In this document: in pieces, positions 12,496 to 26,105 of the stretch | How positions within the stretch are numbered: the first letter of the stretch is position 1 | Layout of the letters: every line of letters begins with the position of its first letter | Origin: Octopus sinensis | Lineage: Eukaryota | Direction: 5' to 3' | Length of the DNA stretch: 64,000 nucleotides | Assembly: GCF_006345805.1 (NCBI RefSeq) | Contig: NC_043003.1 | Coordinates: forward strand, 99,138,001-99,202,000 | The notes under the pieces: model-generated | What the model saw: the letters and a program-made list of their open reading frames with translations, nothing else | Database searches by the model: none | Told to the model about the DNA's origin: nothing | Made by a program: the position numbers and the translations under genes

Positions 12496-13509
12496 TAAAA
12501 GAATAATAGAATAAAAACTTTATCCACTCTGTATTTTTTTTATTTCTAAAACTCCCCCAACGTTTATTTCTCAAACTCCACTTACTCCACATTCATAGAT
12601 TTCTTTTATTCTTTTATTTCTCGTGTGCTTCGCCCCACCTCCACATTGTGGCACCTCTATACTTTGATAATTAAAAGTTACGGTATATTTGATCAGATAA
12701 CTTTGGTTTTGAATTTGCTTTGCAAGGTTCGTGATATGCAATTGTGTATTTGAAACACACTTTGTTGTACTTTTGGAGGGTCGTTATGCCAATAATAACC
12801 AAGCGTATAGGTTCTATATAGAGGTGTTAGTCCTTCATCACACACTCAATCAATTAGATAGATGCGTTGCCATTCGTGACCTCATCAATGAAACAGCCTC
12901 TCTGCTCTAGAACAGAGCTGGAGTTGACTTATAATAACAAAAAACTTATAATAATTCTTTCTACTATAAGCACAAGGCCTAAAATATTGAGGGAGGCGCT
13001 AGTCGATTAAAACGACACCAGTGCTCCACTGTTACATGATTTATCGACTCCAAAAGAAGGAAAGATGAAGCCGACTTCGGCGAAATTTGAACTCAAGCTC
13101 ATATTACAATAATAGTATAAGTTGACTTATGATAATAAAAGAAAGTATAATAGAACCAATGCGTGTGTTTATTATTGGCGTAATAACTCTCCCAAGGAAC
13201 AACATGATCTGATAAAATTGTTTTGATAATTGAATCAATCTCGGAATTTGTATAGATTACTCTGCCTTAAAATGCATTAAAACCTATATTTAGATTGCAG
13301 GCTTCTATGCCTTTACGAACAATAGCATCAAGATGTATGTTCTATATGTGTGACTGAGTGCGTGCGCGTGTGCGTATGTGTTTGTGAGCGTGTGTGCCCC
13401 TGTGCGTAAGTGGGTGTGTATATATGTAAGTATATACATGTATCTATATATATAGTTGTGTGAATACGTATGCATGTACGGGCTTGTGTGTGTGTATTTA
13501 TATATATTA

Positions 13510-13544
<35 letters not shown>

Positions 13545-13683
13545 TTATATATATATATATTTATATATATATTATTTATATATATTTATATATATATTAT
13601 ATTTATATGTATATATATATACATATATATACATACATACATACACCACACATACATACTACATACATACATACATACATACA

Positions 13684-13715
<32 letters not shown>

Positions 13716-14172
13716 CATATGTGTGTGTTTGTGCGCGGTCTCTGTGTGTGTATATACATATATATACACACACACATTTGTGTGTATATGTGTGTTTTTG
13801 TGTGCGTGTGTGTATAACATGCATATACATACATATATAATGACTGATAGTAGTCTTTCGTAGTCCTAGAAAGATGGTTCTGCAGTTTCTTACTGAACGA
13901 CCTGCCCGAATTTTAAGTAGTGCTTTTTTTTATAGTGATAGAATGTATGTGCTGCACATTGCATTAGCTTACTTAGCATACTCCCTGCATTACTCGTAGA
14001 TCAATGTGGGATGAAGTATTTTGCTTAAGAACACAACGCACCACCTGGAACAGGAACCAAAACCACCATCTAGCGATCGCGAGTACAGTGCCTTAATCAT
14101 TAGGCAAAGTGCCCTGACATGATAGATCGCTAGCTCCTACACGCATTTTTTTCTCTCCTTGTTTTTTTCTGT

Positions 14173-14214
14173 GTATTTTTCTGTCGAAGAGCGTAGGCTC
14201 GAAACGTAAAATAC
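14173..14214 (+). ncRNA. Hammerhead-like motif with variant core, in a short Penelope-type fragment (~14125-14315)
   Basis: gtattttt-CTGTCGA-a-gagc(gtag)gctc-GAAA-cg-TA-aaatac; the core differs from CUGANGA at one position. Confidence 0.55.
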
Positions 14215-15215
14215 TCTTTCTATTTCTATTCCTGAGCGCTATACTAATACATTTGTTTGTTTGTACTCCACCTGCCTTCGTCTTTTGTTTATTTTCGTAA
14301 ACCTTCCCGGTTGTATAGACCGACAGACAGGCGAAGAGATTGAGACAAGCAGACAGATAGATACATTGAGAAACGAGAATAATTTAAGATAAGAAATATT
14401 ATTCGTAAGGAACGTCATAGAAAGAGAAGGGAAATATCAAATTAGCTTGCGAAATAATCCAGGATGATGTAGGAAAACGAAGCAAGACAAGATGGACGGT
14501 GAGATTTTTAACAGCAAACTCTTCTCATATATAACACGTCACTGGTGTCGTTCCACTTCAAAAAAAAAAGGAAAGAAAAGAGAAAAAGAAAAGAAAAGAG
14601 TGGTATACGTGATCAACTTCACGTAAGGATGAGTGGCGATACAGAGATTTCAACGGCATAATCAATTTGTGAAATAGTCTTACAAAGTTATCTGTTTTAT
14701 GAGATGTGTTTTTAAGATAGATGATGATAGAGAGATAAGGAAGAGCCGAGTGAGTTAATAGTACTATAAACGAGTATGAGTATACGTATGTGTATAAACA
14801 CATGCATGTATGTATGTATGTATGTATGTATGTATGTATGTATGTATGTATGTATGTATGTATGTATGCATGCATGCATGCATGTATGTAGGTATATAAC
14901 TATATATAAATTGTATGTATTTATATGTCAGCACATATACATACATACATACATATATATATATATATATGTCTTGCTTTGAAAAACTGCATTTTGGTAT
15001 GATTAGTATAATTTTGGTAGTAATGACTTTGTCCCTCCTAGTGTGAGGCATTTATGTGTAATAATGCCCTCTATACAATATAGATATAATTAAGTTGTTC
15101 AAAAGAAAAAAAAATTATTTTCGAATTCTTTTCTTTTATGAGGTTTTCACGCTAGCTACCCGATAATTTCTTGTTAAGATCCCTTTATTAAAGAGATTAT
15201 CCTATAATTGTTAAA

Positions 15216-15266
<51 letters not shown>

Positions 15267-15479
15267 TGCACACACATATAACATGCATATATGTATGCAT
15301 GCATAGTCTGTGTATCTAAATATGTAAATATCCCTAAATGAATATATTCATATATGTGTATTGTATGTGCGTATACATACTTTATTTATATACATACACA
15401 CACACACACACACACAATGTATACCTACATACAGATTGATAAACTTGATGAACAGATAGACAGATAAACAGACAGATGA

Positions 15480-15605
<126 letters not shown>

Positions 15606-16719
15606 TAAATACACAAAGTAATATATATACACACACACACATATGTATATGCATATACAACCATATATAAACACAGATATGTATATATGCGCATATATGT
15701 ACATATATATACATACATCAATGTACGTGCGTATGTGCTTATGTATGTACTTAGGTATGTATAAAACGAATATTAATGACTACTCAACAACTGACAAGTG
15801 AGTTCCCAAAGTCGTTGGTAGCAATAACCTGAATAGGGTAGGGGCGATGCGATTACTTAAATAGGGGAGTGATGTGAAAATACAATGATATGGCATTATA
15901 TATCTCTCCATGGTTCATTTCATCCATCCATCATATTGAGAATTTACAGACGACAGAATTAAAGAAATTATTGTAAAGCCTATCCTTTCTTTTATCTTTT
16001 ATTCTGAGTTTTGTTAAGTTCGAAGTTTTATTAAGCTCGGAGTGGTGGCAACGAGAGAGACCGCCGAATAAGTTACGTTTGATAATTAATTTTGACGTAT
16101 TAACTCCTGAGTTCAAATCATACCGCAGTATATTTTACCGTTAATTTCTGGGATCTTACCCTTTGAACGGCAAATCGAGAAATTAATTTTTTGTAACCAA
16201 ACACTTTCAAACTTCGGACACTGGCAGAATGTGTCATATAAAACATCATTTACTCTTAGTGTTGTTGAGAAAAGTTTGTATTTGCAAAGTTATTTCTTGT
16301 TAAAGTTGTCGAATTTCGGTAGTTTCAACCAATCAATGACGTGTATTCAGCTGAATAAAATTACTGCTGTTGTTTGTCAACAACAACTTCCGGCGGTGTA
16401 TATTTCGTTTGTCATTATTATTTAGCTTAAGGTAGTGAGATGGTGTTATATCCTTATGGATAAACGAATACACTGAAACAGTGTAATAACAATATAATCG
16501 AAACAAACGGCAGTAACCACGCGGAACGTAACAACAATCTTTTGAGAACCAACAATCCAACACGCTAACTAAAACTGTAAACCTTGAATTCCAAATTTGA
16601 ACTATCAGCACACGAACTTTGGAACTAGCACAATGATTTTGTTCAAACCGCACAGACAGCTACTAACTATAAGTAGTGGCCCAGTCCATTCTCGCACAAC
16701 GGATGGCAAATCGTTACTA

Positions 16720-16900
16720 GCAGGACCAAAATTCTTAGCGGCATTTCGTTCGCCTTTATGTTCTGAGTTCAAATTGCACCGAGGTCGACTTTGCCTTACA
16801 TCCTTTCGGAGTCGATAAAATAAGTACCAGCAGGACACCAGGACCCACTAAACCCCTCTCCCAAAATTTTAGACCTTGTATTTGTGATAAAAAGAATTAT
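16720..16900 (+). mobile_element. SINE family B, partial
   Basis: ttctgagttcaaattgcaccgaggtcgactttgcc...gtcgataaaataagtaccag. Confidence 0.8.
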
Positions 16901-17498
16901 TTATTTAGCCCAAGATTTGGTTAATAGAAGAATCCCTGGAGCACTAGATATAATGCCAGGTAGTTGAACTTCTGTTGGTTAATATCGACAGGAAAATGTG
17001 AAGTTAGCAGACATTCCAGATGGTCGAAGCAATTATGTAGCGTGTTTTAAATGACATATAGAGGAAGGGAGCATACTATAGACAACTCTATAAGAGTCAG
17101 GTGCATCGGATGGGCATACGATGGGTTGTATAGGGTTGGATAATTCAGAAGAACAGGAACTGGTGTAATGCAGTGGAAGAAACCTTAAAAGTTACAATAT
17201 GCTTGCGATTAAAGAGAGACCTTCTCTTCTGTCGCTTGAAATAGTAGCCCAAACTCCCTTAATCACAGCTTACCATCTTAGAATACGCAATCCTTGAAAT
17301 GAAAAAAAATAAAATGGGACGGTCACGGTTGAGACGTCATTAATTATTGAGCATTGTCATCTTAAATGATTGATCTGTACCTTCCCTACATGGACGCCTC
17401 ATGAAAAACCGGAGAGAAAATAAAAAGGGAGAAAAAGCGAGAAAGCAAAGGAGAAAGAGAAAGACTTAAAGACGTGAGACGTATGAATAAAACAGGAA

Positions 17499-17530
<32 letters not shown>

Positions 17531-17851
17531 AGTTTGAACCATAACAATGCGTTGAGAAAGACTGATTGGAAGGAAGAGAGAAAAACAGGTGAGATAATCA
17601 ATCAGGAGAGGAAGCTTGGTAGACTGAAGGGGAGGACATAAGGGAAAGAGAGAGAGAGAAAGCCATACAGAGCGTGATTGGGGAAGAGGAAAGCAGGAAG
17701 AAAGAAAAGCTAAAGAGAGCGACAGAAGGAGAGACAGAGACAGGGACAGAGCGAGACAGATACAAAGAGAGACATGGAGAGAGAGAGGGGCTGACAGAAA
17801 AAGAGATAACGTAGAGAGACCGAAAGAATGAACGTAGCGAGCAAGAAACCG

Positions 17852-18055
17852 ATGCTGGCAGAAACGTTAGCACGTATTTCGTCTGCCGCTCCGTTCTGAG
17901 TTCAAATTCCGCCGAAGTCGACTTTGCCTTTCATCCTTTCGGGGTCGATAAATTAAGTACCAGTTACTCACTGGGGTCGATGTAATCGACTTAATCCGTT
18001 TGTCTGTCCTTGTCTGTCCCCTCTATGTTTAGTCCCTTGTGGGTAGTAAAGAAAC
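17852..18055 (+). mobile_element. SINE family B
   Basis: Matches the 8198 copy. Confidence 0.85.
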
Positions 18056-18725
18056 CGATAATAAAAGGGTAGCTGGGTGAGTGTGTAAAAATACAGGAAA
18101 AAGAAAAAAAAAAGAAAGAAAGGAACAGACATCATATATGAGAGTTCAAATACTTTGATCCATTCTTGTTGTTCCATGAGAAATCATTGAGATTCCCATC
18201 ATCGCCTGCCGAGCGTCTTTAAAACGCGGTAGGTGGCCGACTGGCTAAGGGAAGTAACTACTCACTGCTTTATGAACTTGACAGCGTTTTACAATAACGG
18301 CCAGTACGAAGTGGTAGTAAATAAATTTTTCCATTATCTAATTCTAGAATCTGAACTGGCGTCTGTATCCGTCTCAGACTTGTGGATTCATCGTATATTT
18401 TATGTCTGTCCGTCTGCTTTCTTTGTGTCTGTCAGCCTGCTTACAGAATAGTTGAAGTCGCTTTCTTGTTTTTGATAATGTTATTGAATGACAGATCGCT
18501 CGCGCGCGAGTATGTGTGTGTTTGTGTGTGTGTGTGTGTGTGTACATGAGTGTGTGTGTGTGTGCGCAATTGTGTGTGTGTGTGCGTGTGCACACGCATG
18601 CGTATGTATTTCGATGTATGTATGAACGAAGAATGTATTGAAGTTTTGGGGACTCTCATATTTTGTCGACGTCTCTGTCTAAAGATCTAATGTATAAATG
18701 ACCATCTACACATATCTATCTAACA

Positions 18726-18770
<45 letters not shown>

Positions 18771-19019
18771 CTATCTATATATATATATATTTATCTCTCT
18801 ATCAATCATGTATCTATCTGTCAGTCTGTCAGTCTGTCTTTTATTTTACTTTTTTTTGTTCTTTTCTTCCCTTTTACGATCCCTCTTGATCGAAAACCTA
18901 CGCCACCCCCTTTTTTTCTTTTGCTTTTTGTTTTTTTCATCCCCCAAAAGAAAAGCTCTACCTTGTAACTTGTCCCATCTGTGTGCAGCCCTGTGTGGCC
19001 AATAAAGAAACTTATCTAT

Positions 19020-19225
19020 CTTATTTCTTTTATACACAGAGGGGACAAACAAGGACAGACAAAGGGATTAAGTCGATTACATCGACCCCAGTGCGTAACT
19101 GGTACTTAATTTATCGACCCCGAAAGGATGAAAGACAAAGTCGACCTCGGCGGAATTTGAACTCAAAACGTAACGACAGACGAAATACCGCTAAGAACTT
19201 CGCCAAGCGTGCTAACGTTTCTGCC
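19020..19225 (-). mobile_element. SINE family B
   Basis: Reverse complement of the 8198 copy. Confidence 0.85.
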
Positions 19226-19680
19226 CTATCTATCTACCTATGTGTGTGTGTGAGTGTGTGTACATAGAGGAATCCTCCGCATTACAAAAATAACGTGTTC
19301 CTGAATCCCGTAACGCGAAATTGCTTTCCATTGATTTTCATGATATAAAGGGATAATGCTTTCCAATGGCTTGTTTTTTTTTGTTGTTGTTTTGTTTCGT
19401 TTTTAGCTTTTTTGCTTCTCAAAAACGAAGCGGAAAAACAACAACAAATACAAGCAGCATGGCTGCTTTTATGCTTAAAATGCGTTAGGGAATAAGGAAG
19501 AGTTTTAATATCGTAATATCTTACCCAAAAGGTGTCAAATACTGTGTCGAGGACGTTGGTGCTGAAATAAGAGTTACCGAGAAGATAAGGGACACTATTT
19601 TCTTTCTTATCGTTCATAATCATCAATATCTACCTGGTAGAATCAAGCTTTAATTAATAGTTCAAACAAATTACATTCTT

Positions 19681-19716
19681 TTAGGGTTAGGGTTAGGGTT
19701 TTACGGTTAGGGTTAG
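19681..19716 (+). repeat. Short interstitial (TTAGGG)n tract
   Basis: ttagggttagggttagggttttacggttagggttag. Confidence 0.8.
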
Positions 19717-19738
19717 AGTTGGGATTCAGTTGACTGAA

Positions 19739-19775
<37 letters not shown>

Positions 19776-19778
<3 letters not shown>

Positions 19779-19930
19779 GACGGGCTTCTTTTAGTTTACG
19801 TTTACCAAATCCACTAAAACCACTCACAAGATTTTCGTCGGCCCGAGGCTATAGTAGAAGTCACTTGTCCAAGGTGCTACACAGTGGGACTGAACCCGGA
19901 GCCATGTGGTTTGGAAGCAAGCTTCTTACC
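19776..19930 (-). mobile_element. SINE family A, 5' half
   Basis: Matches the head and body of family A. Confidence 0.85.
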
Positions 19931-19949
19931 ACCAAAATATATCCCATCA

Positions 19950-20850
19950 TATTCTATTGTCTGTGATCATCGTTGAGCCAGAAGCTCAATTCTAGGTTTA
20001 TACCATCTGGCTGCTTTAGAGGTAAAAGACCCCTTACACCCTTTTCTCAACTACATCCACATTGTTAAACCTTCGTCTGTGCAGGAAATGAGCCATAACT
20101 CTGAAACAAGTGGTAATCTGACACTACAGAATCCGAATCTGATACTGCAGGATCCAGGCAACGTTTCTAGCCGTCATGTTCCTCAAGATTGCGCTTGGTC
20201 ACATAAGCAGTGTGTGCTGAGGCATTGTCATGTATCATATACATTGTCATGTCGTGTATCATAAAATTTAGCGTTCACAGCGTGACCATCTGGGACAGGC
20301 TCAGAATGCAACACCATCTCGAAATTCCACCAAACACACAACATGACCTTGTGTGGAAACCGCCCTTGTTTGATGAAAGGTTCTGAAACCTGACCGGAAC
20401 GAAGCTACTCATTTCTCTTATTAAGATTACGAAAATAGATTCATTTTTCATCCCCAGTTACAGTTTGACGCTGAAAACGGGCTTCTCGAGGATTTGACGG
20501 TAGTCGTTTGCAAATATTCACAGGTCATTGAGGCTGGTCCTTAGTCTGTTAATGAGGAGCTTCTCGACAGTGTCTGTTCACAAGGAAGAGCTTATGGAAG
20601 TGTCGATTGAAGGTGTTTTGTGAATGACAAATTTCTACTGACAACGTACGAGCGCTTGTGCTCGGCGTTTGTTCAAGCAAGGCCTAATCTTCCATAAGAG
20701 AAGGTCTCTCTAACTTTGGTTTGTCATGAGACTGGTGATACCTTCCTGGAAGACTGAATCAGTTTTGTGCCACACGTTCGTTGATAGTTCCTGGGCCTTC
20801 CATATTAATTTCTCTCAGTTCTTTTTTCCACAGGTAGTGTAGAATTACTC
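19950..20850 (-). mobile_element. Highly decayed mariner transposase
   Basis: The minus strand gives TVTGDEK-IYF (~20430-20465) and HDNASAHTA (~20200-20232). Confidence 0.7.
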
Positions 20851-21517
20851 TAATTTAAATTTTTTCGTCACTCAGTATCAAAGTTGTAAAATAAGGAATG
20901 AACATTAATGTCTATATGTTTTTATATATGAAAACAAAGAAGAAACATTTGAACATCGATTGAACAATAAGTTATGTCAAATTAAGGATATATCATGGAG
21001 TATCCGGACAAAACCTACCTAGGAAAAAACTCCCTTAAGACAAAAACACCCTAGGATAAAACTACATTCCTCATGGAAATTCAAGTTGTCTAACATCAGG
21101 GAAAATCTGAAAAAAACTTTGATTCAACCTAGTAGGAAGAACTTATCCAAAACTGCGTGATATTTATGATGCATCATTTTTCTGTGCTGCTGTGTATAGG
21201 AACTGAACTCATTGTATATTCTTCTTATAGTTTTTGTTATGCTCACGACTACGGCAGATGTTATCCGCAAAAAAAAAACTTGCAAGCCTTCCTCTATAAG
21301 TGCCAGCCCTTTTAGCAGTAGAGTTGGTGGAATTTCCGTACTGCCATGTGTATTTTCGGTTGCTCTCGTTCTAACAGCTTCATCTTCGTGTTAGAGACAA
21401 TCTTCTCTATGCTACGTTAGCAACAATCCCTACATAATCCTCTATCAATTCTTCATATGTGTGTATGTGTATGAGCGTGTGTCCGCGTGCGTGTGTTCTT
21501 TATATGTGTGGTGGGGG

Positions 21518-21810
21518 AGACACATGGCTTAGTGGTTAGAGCAGCGGAATCGCAGTCGAGGGATCGCGGGTTCGAATTTCAGACCGGGCAATGTGTGTAT
21601 TTATGAGCAAAACACCTAAGCTTCATGCGGCTCCGGTAGAAGGTAATGGCGAATTTCTGCTGACTTTTTCGCCGCAACTTTCTCTCACTCTTTCCTCCTG
21701 CATCTTGAAGCTCACCTGCGACGAACCGGCGCCCCGTCCAGGTGGGGAACCTATACGCCAAGGAAACCGGAAACCGGCCCTGATGACCAGGCATGGTTCG
21801 AGAAGGAACA

Positions 21811-21812
<2 letters not shown>
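21518..21812 (+). mobile_element. tRNA-derived SINE family D (V-domain-like segment)
   Basis: atggcttagtggttagagcagcgg...gggttcgaatttc head and cctgcgacgaaccggcgccccgtccagg. Related copies at 29118-29345 (+) and 51030-51245 (-). Confidence 0.8.
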
Positions 21813-21858
<46 letters not shown>

Positions 21859-21914
21859 ATTAATATATATATATATATATACTTTATTTAAAGCAGCAGA
21901 AAATTCAACAAAAT

Positions 21915-21951
21915 CTGTTACTCTAGTTTCTCGTTGCCGTTCATCAGACAG
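21915..21951 (-). ncRNA. Minimal hammerhead ribozyme motif with a weak helix II
   Basis: Minus strand: ctgt-CTGATGA-acg(gcaa)cga-GAAA-ctagag-TA-acag. Confidence 0.6.
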
Positions 21952-22062
21952 TTTTTGCTAGAATGGAACCGATATATCAATTCAATCCAGACTCTTACAA
22001 ACGCTAACACCTTACAAAAATGGACTTGTTTGATTGGCCCTTTAGAAATATATATATACACA

Positions 22063-22940
22063 CAGGGTGAGTGAAAAGTAAGTAGGCATTAAAAATTGGA
22101 AATAAAATCCATATTCCTTTTACAAATTTATTAAAACAAATTATATATGTCCTTTATTACATGAGAAAATGAAAAAGTAAAGCACCGGTGGCGTCAACTA
22201 GTTTCCTCTAATGGCCATGTATGGAATGAACGACCTTCTGAAGAACGTCGTCTGGGTTATCATTGAGGACCTCCTGAATCCGTGTCTCCAAGTCCTCTAG
22301 TGTGCGAGGTTTTGTCTTGTACACCTCCTCCTTTGCGTAACCTCACAGGTAAAAGTCACATGGAGTGATATCCGGAGTTCTTGGAGTTCTGGACTTCTGC
22401 TGTCGCAGTCTTCGGGATTTAGCTCCCGCACGTCAATGGGTTTCCATAGACGAAAATTCAATTCTTTATGCAAAACCATACGTATTGTGTGTCTTGTTAG
22501 TCCACTTTCACGAGCTGCGTATGGTATTGATTTTTGCGGTCTGCGATTAAACATTTCCTGAACTGTTGCCACGTTCTCCACTGATCGAGATGTGGATGGA
22601 TGGCCACTTCTTCTTGCATCCTTTACAGAGTTCGTGATCATCAGTTTTGCATGACAGCTTTTTATTGTTTCCGGACGAAGTGTTGCATGGTTACCTTTCC
22701 ATGCACGCCACCATCTTTGAACCCAAACAATAGAGTTCCACATTTCATACCGTGCTGCTATCTTAGCTTGCTCCTGAACAGTTAAGCGACCGGCCATCTA
22801 GAAAATAAGAAATAAGACAAAAGAAAAAAAAAAAGAAATCCCCATTAGTGTTGTCTGTTTAAGAAATGTTTCCGTCATGACTTCAGTGATACTAAAAGTT
22901 CTATAAGCAATTTCTAATGCATAGTGACTTTCCAACCACC

Positions 22941-22943
<3 letters not shown>
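22063..22943 (-). mobile_element. Internally deleted Tc1/mariner-superfamily element (rosa/maT-like)
   Basis: TIRs cagggtgagtgaaaagtaagtaggcatta / taatgcatagtgactttccaaccaccctg. The N-terminal HTH ORF (22297-22797, RSGHPSTSRS) is joined to a PRTPDITPCDFYL*GY remnant. Confidence 0.85.
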
Positions 22944-23003
<60 letters not shown>

Positions 23004-23984
23004 TTGTGACCGACCAGGCTAACATATGTTGCTACACATCGCTGGTCACAATGCGCTTCGCATTGTTTTTTAGCCTACAAATGACGCCACTCCGCTGACT
23101 AAGCGAGCAGGCCAATATATATATATATATATGAATACGTATATACGTATGCACATGCACACACAAATACACATACACACACACGTATAGTATGTATATT
23201 GTATGTAAAATATGTATGTATATGTATGCGTGTGTGCTTAATTTGAAACAAATTTGTGGTTGCTTAGTCTAATAACTGAGATTCGATAATTGGAAAGCAA
23301 GTAAAATGCTGTTGATAGACAGATATAAAGACGTTAATAATTGTATAGATCTATGTAATATGATAATCTGAACATATGACGGTAGTATTATTACACTCTA
23401 GGGAAATGTGTTAACTCTTTGTAGACGTTGTTGACAGCTAAATCTCAGATATTGTAAATCAGTACAAGGTTATATACTTGATTCAAAGTAAAGAAATTGT
23501 ATGATATCAGACACTATAAGCACCATTTCTTTTTTCTTTTGGGTCTAGAGTCGCGAGAAATGAGTAATGGTAGAACACGTAGCAAATATTGTCTGTCATC
23601 TAAGGTGGTGCTAATGTTTTTAATGTAATGAATTAAAAAATATATTAATGAACCCTAGTTTCACACTGTGGTGAAAGATAGTTATTAGTTTAATGATAAT
23701 TATTGTCAATATACATAGGTGTGGGTGGGGACATCTCTAAAATTGACATTAAGTGAAATTAAATACTGGAATATAGAAGAGAGTGTGTCCTCTTCGTTAT
23801 AAGTACAGTAGAACAGCAGACATGTTTCAGAAGTATTAGATCTCTTCAGTAATTCATAGTGTTTATAAATACTTGATAGTGTTTAGATCATTAGACGTAA
23901 ATATTTCTACTTCATCTCCACCTTTCCAAGTGGCGTTTTTCAAATACTCCTTTCTATGTTTTGTGTGAAGCTAGATGTATATCT

Positions 23985-24200
23985 CTTTTCTCTTTTCTCT
24001 TTTACTTGTTTCAGTCATTTGACTGCGGCCATGCTGGAGCACCCCCTTTAGTCGAGCAACTCGACCCCAGGACTTATTCTTTTTGTAAGTCCAGTACTTA
24101 TTCTATCAGTCTCTTTTTGCCGAACCGCTAAGTGACGGGGACGTAAACACACCACCATCGGTTGTCAAGCAATGCTAGGGGAACAAACATAGACACACAA

Positions 24201-24237
<37 letters not shown>

Positions 24238-24402
24238 CATATATACGACAGGCTTCTTTCAGTTTCCGTCTACCAAATCCACTCACAAGGCATTGGTCGG
24301 CCCGGGGCTATAGCAGAAGACACTTGCCCAAGATGTCACGCAGTGGGACTGAACCCGGAACCATGTGGCTGGTTAGCAAGCTACTTACCACACAGCCACT
24401 CT
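23985..24402 (-). mobile_element. SINE family A
   Basis: Family match. Confidence 0.9.
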
Positions 24403-24659
24403 GGTATATTATAATATTTTTGTATACTATACCAACCAGGACATACCATTTTTTTTTGTTTAGATATTTCAGCCAACTAACCCACTCTTGTAATTTTTTT
24501 ATAACTAAAGAAGGCGAGGACTTATATATAAAAAAAAGTTGTATCGTAATTTGATCCAACATCAATCTTGTTTCATCTTTCTGATTAAACAATGCAATAA
24601 TCATACGTTAATTCCAACCCGGGAAAGTTGTTCTGGAAATGTGTAATTATTGTACCTAA

Positions 24660-24828
24660 GGCGCAGGAGTGGCTGTGTGGTAAGTAGCTTGCTAACCAAC
24701 CACATGGTTCCGGGTTCAGTCCCACTGCGTGGCATCTTGGGCAAGTGTCTTCTACTATAGCCTCGGAACGACCAATGCCTTGTGAGTGGATTTGGTAGAT
24801 GGAAACTGAAAGAAGCCTGTCATATATA

Positions 24829-24871
<43 letters not shown>

Positions 24872-25118
24872 GTGTGTGTGTGTGTGTGGTGTGTGTATGT
24901 GTTTGTGTGTCTGTTTGTCCCCCTAGCATTGCTTGACAACCGATGCTGGTGTGTTTTTACGTCCCCGTCACTTAGCGGTTTCGGCAAAGAGAGACCGATA
25001 GAATAAGTACTGGGCTTACAAAGAATAAGTCCCGGGATCGATTTGCTCGATTAAAGGCGTGCTCCAGCATGGCCGCAGTCAAGTGACTGAAACAAGTAAA
25101 AGAGTAAAGAGTAAAGAG
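24660..25118 (+). mobile_element. SINE family A, full length
   Basis: A box tggctgtgtgg, B box gggttcagtccc, internal microsatellite, tail gctccagcatggccgcagtcaagtgactgaaacaag(taaagag)n. Confidence 0.9.
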
Positions 25119-25789
25119 AATTTAAATATCATAACCCCTCCAAACTTCCGTCTCCTTTCAAGGCGCTCCTTAACTCTTTGAAATCTTTTGTGAGTTTACA
25201 ATCTCCCACTCCAACAGAACTTTACCGCCCAGGTTAATAACAACTGTATTGGGTGACTGACAAATACATATTTAGAGATTTGGTGGATTGCCACAGAAAG
25301 GTGTTGAAACTTAAACATGCAAGTCCCTGGATAATTGCGCCTCCGTCATTGTCTCATTTCATTGACGTAATAAAAGAAAGGTTAATATCATTGACGTTAA
25401 TCTTTTATCTGTCAGTTCATGATTAGTGGTATATATTATCTGTGTATATATTTCTTGTGGCATTGCTAGTTAAGCAGTGTGTAATTGAATAATCTCTAGG
25501 AAAGTAAATGAAGTTATGAAGAAGAATGGGTTAAACTTTAGAGAATATGGTTACATTTTTCAAAGTGGTCCTGTGTTAAAATGTTTGTAACATATCGTTT
25601 GCTAATTACCATACGTTCATAATTTATTCCTTGTAACTAGAAGTAGTATACTGATCTCATACTTTTAATAATTGTAGGTTGTCTAGTCATAAATTTGATC
25701 ATTACAGAACTCGATTATCAATCTACTAAGGAAAGGCACTACCATGTGCACTAATTCGTCACATGAATTTTCAAATAGTTTGAAAAAAG

Positions 25790-26105
25790 TATTGATTGAT
25801 TGATTGATTCTAGTTTCAGCTCACGAGCTGTGGCCATGCTGGGGCACCGCCATTTGGTGTTGCTACATGGTTTTACTTCACGAATGGTTTTTAGCAACTG
25901 CCATTTGGTGCATGAGAGAATTCGATGCAGCTGCCCTCATCTGCACCTCCTGCCGTGAAGTTGGTTCATCTGGGATACCTGACAAGAAGAGATCCAGTCT
26001 CATTTTAAAGACATCTGCATCCACCCCATGCAGGTCTCTTAGGTTCTTCGGGAGGATATTGAAGAGCTGTGGGCCTCGGAAGCCCAGGCTATCACAGTAT
26101 GTATA
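25790..26105 (-). mobile_element. CR1/L2-group LINE 3' end
   Basis: RGPQLFNILPKNLRD...VFKMRLDLFLSGIPDEP (ORF2 C-terminus), then a 3' UTR stem-loop and (ATCA)n tail. Confidence 0.8.

Noticed and set aside
23025-23115. Possible HDV-like ribozyme (gtgacc/ggtcac ... ctaagcgag; also 53615-53720 and 18190-18255)
   Set aside because: P3/L3 and P1.1 could not be assigned.
23220-23980. Possible decayed retroelement coding sequence (also 6300-6660 and 21100-21450)
   Set aside because: Too degenerate to assign without a profile search.
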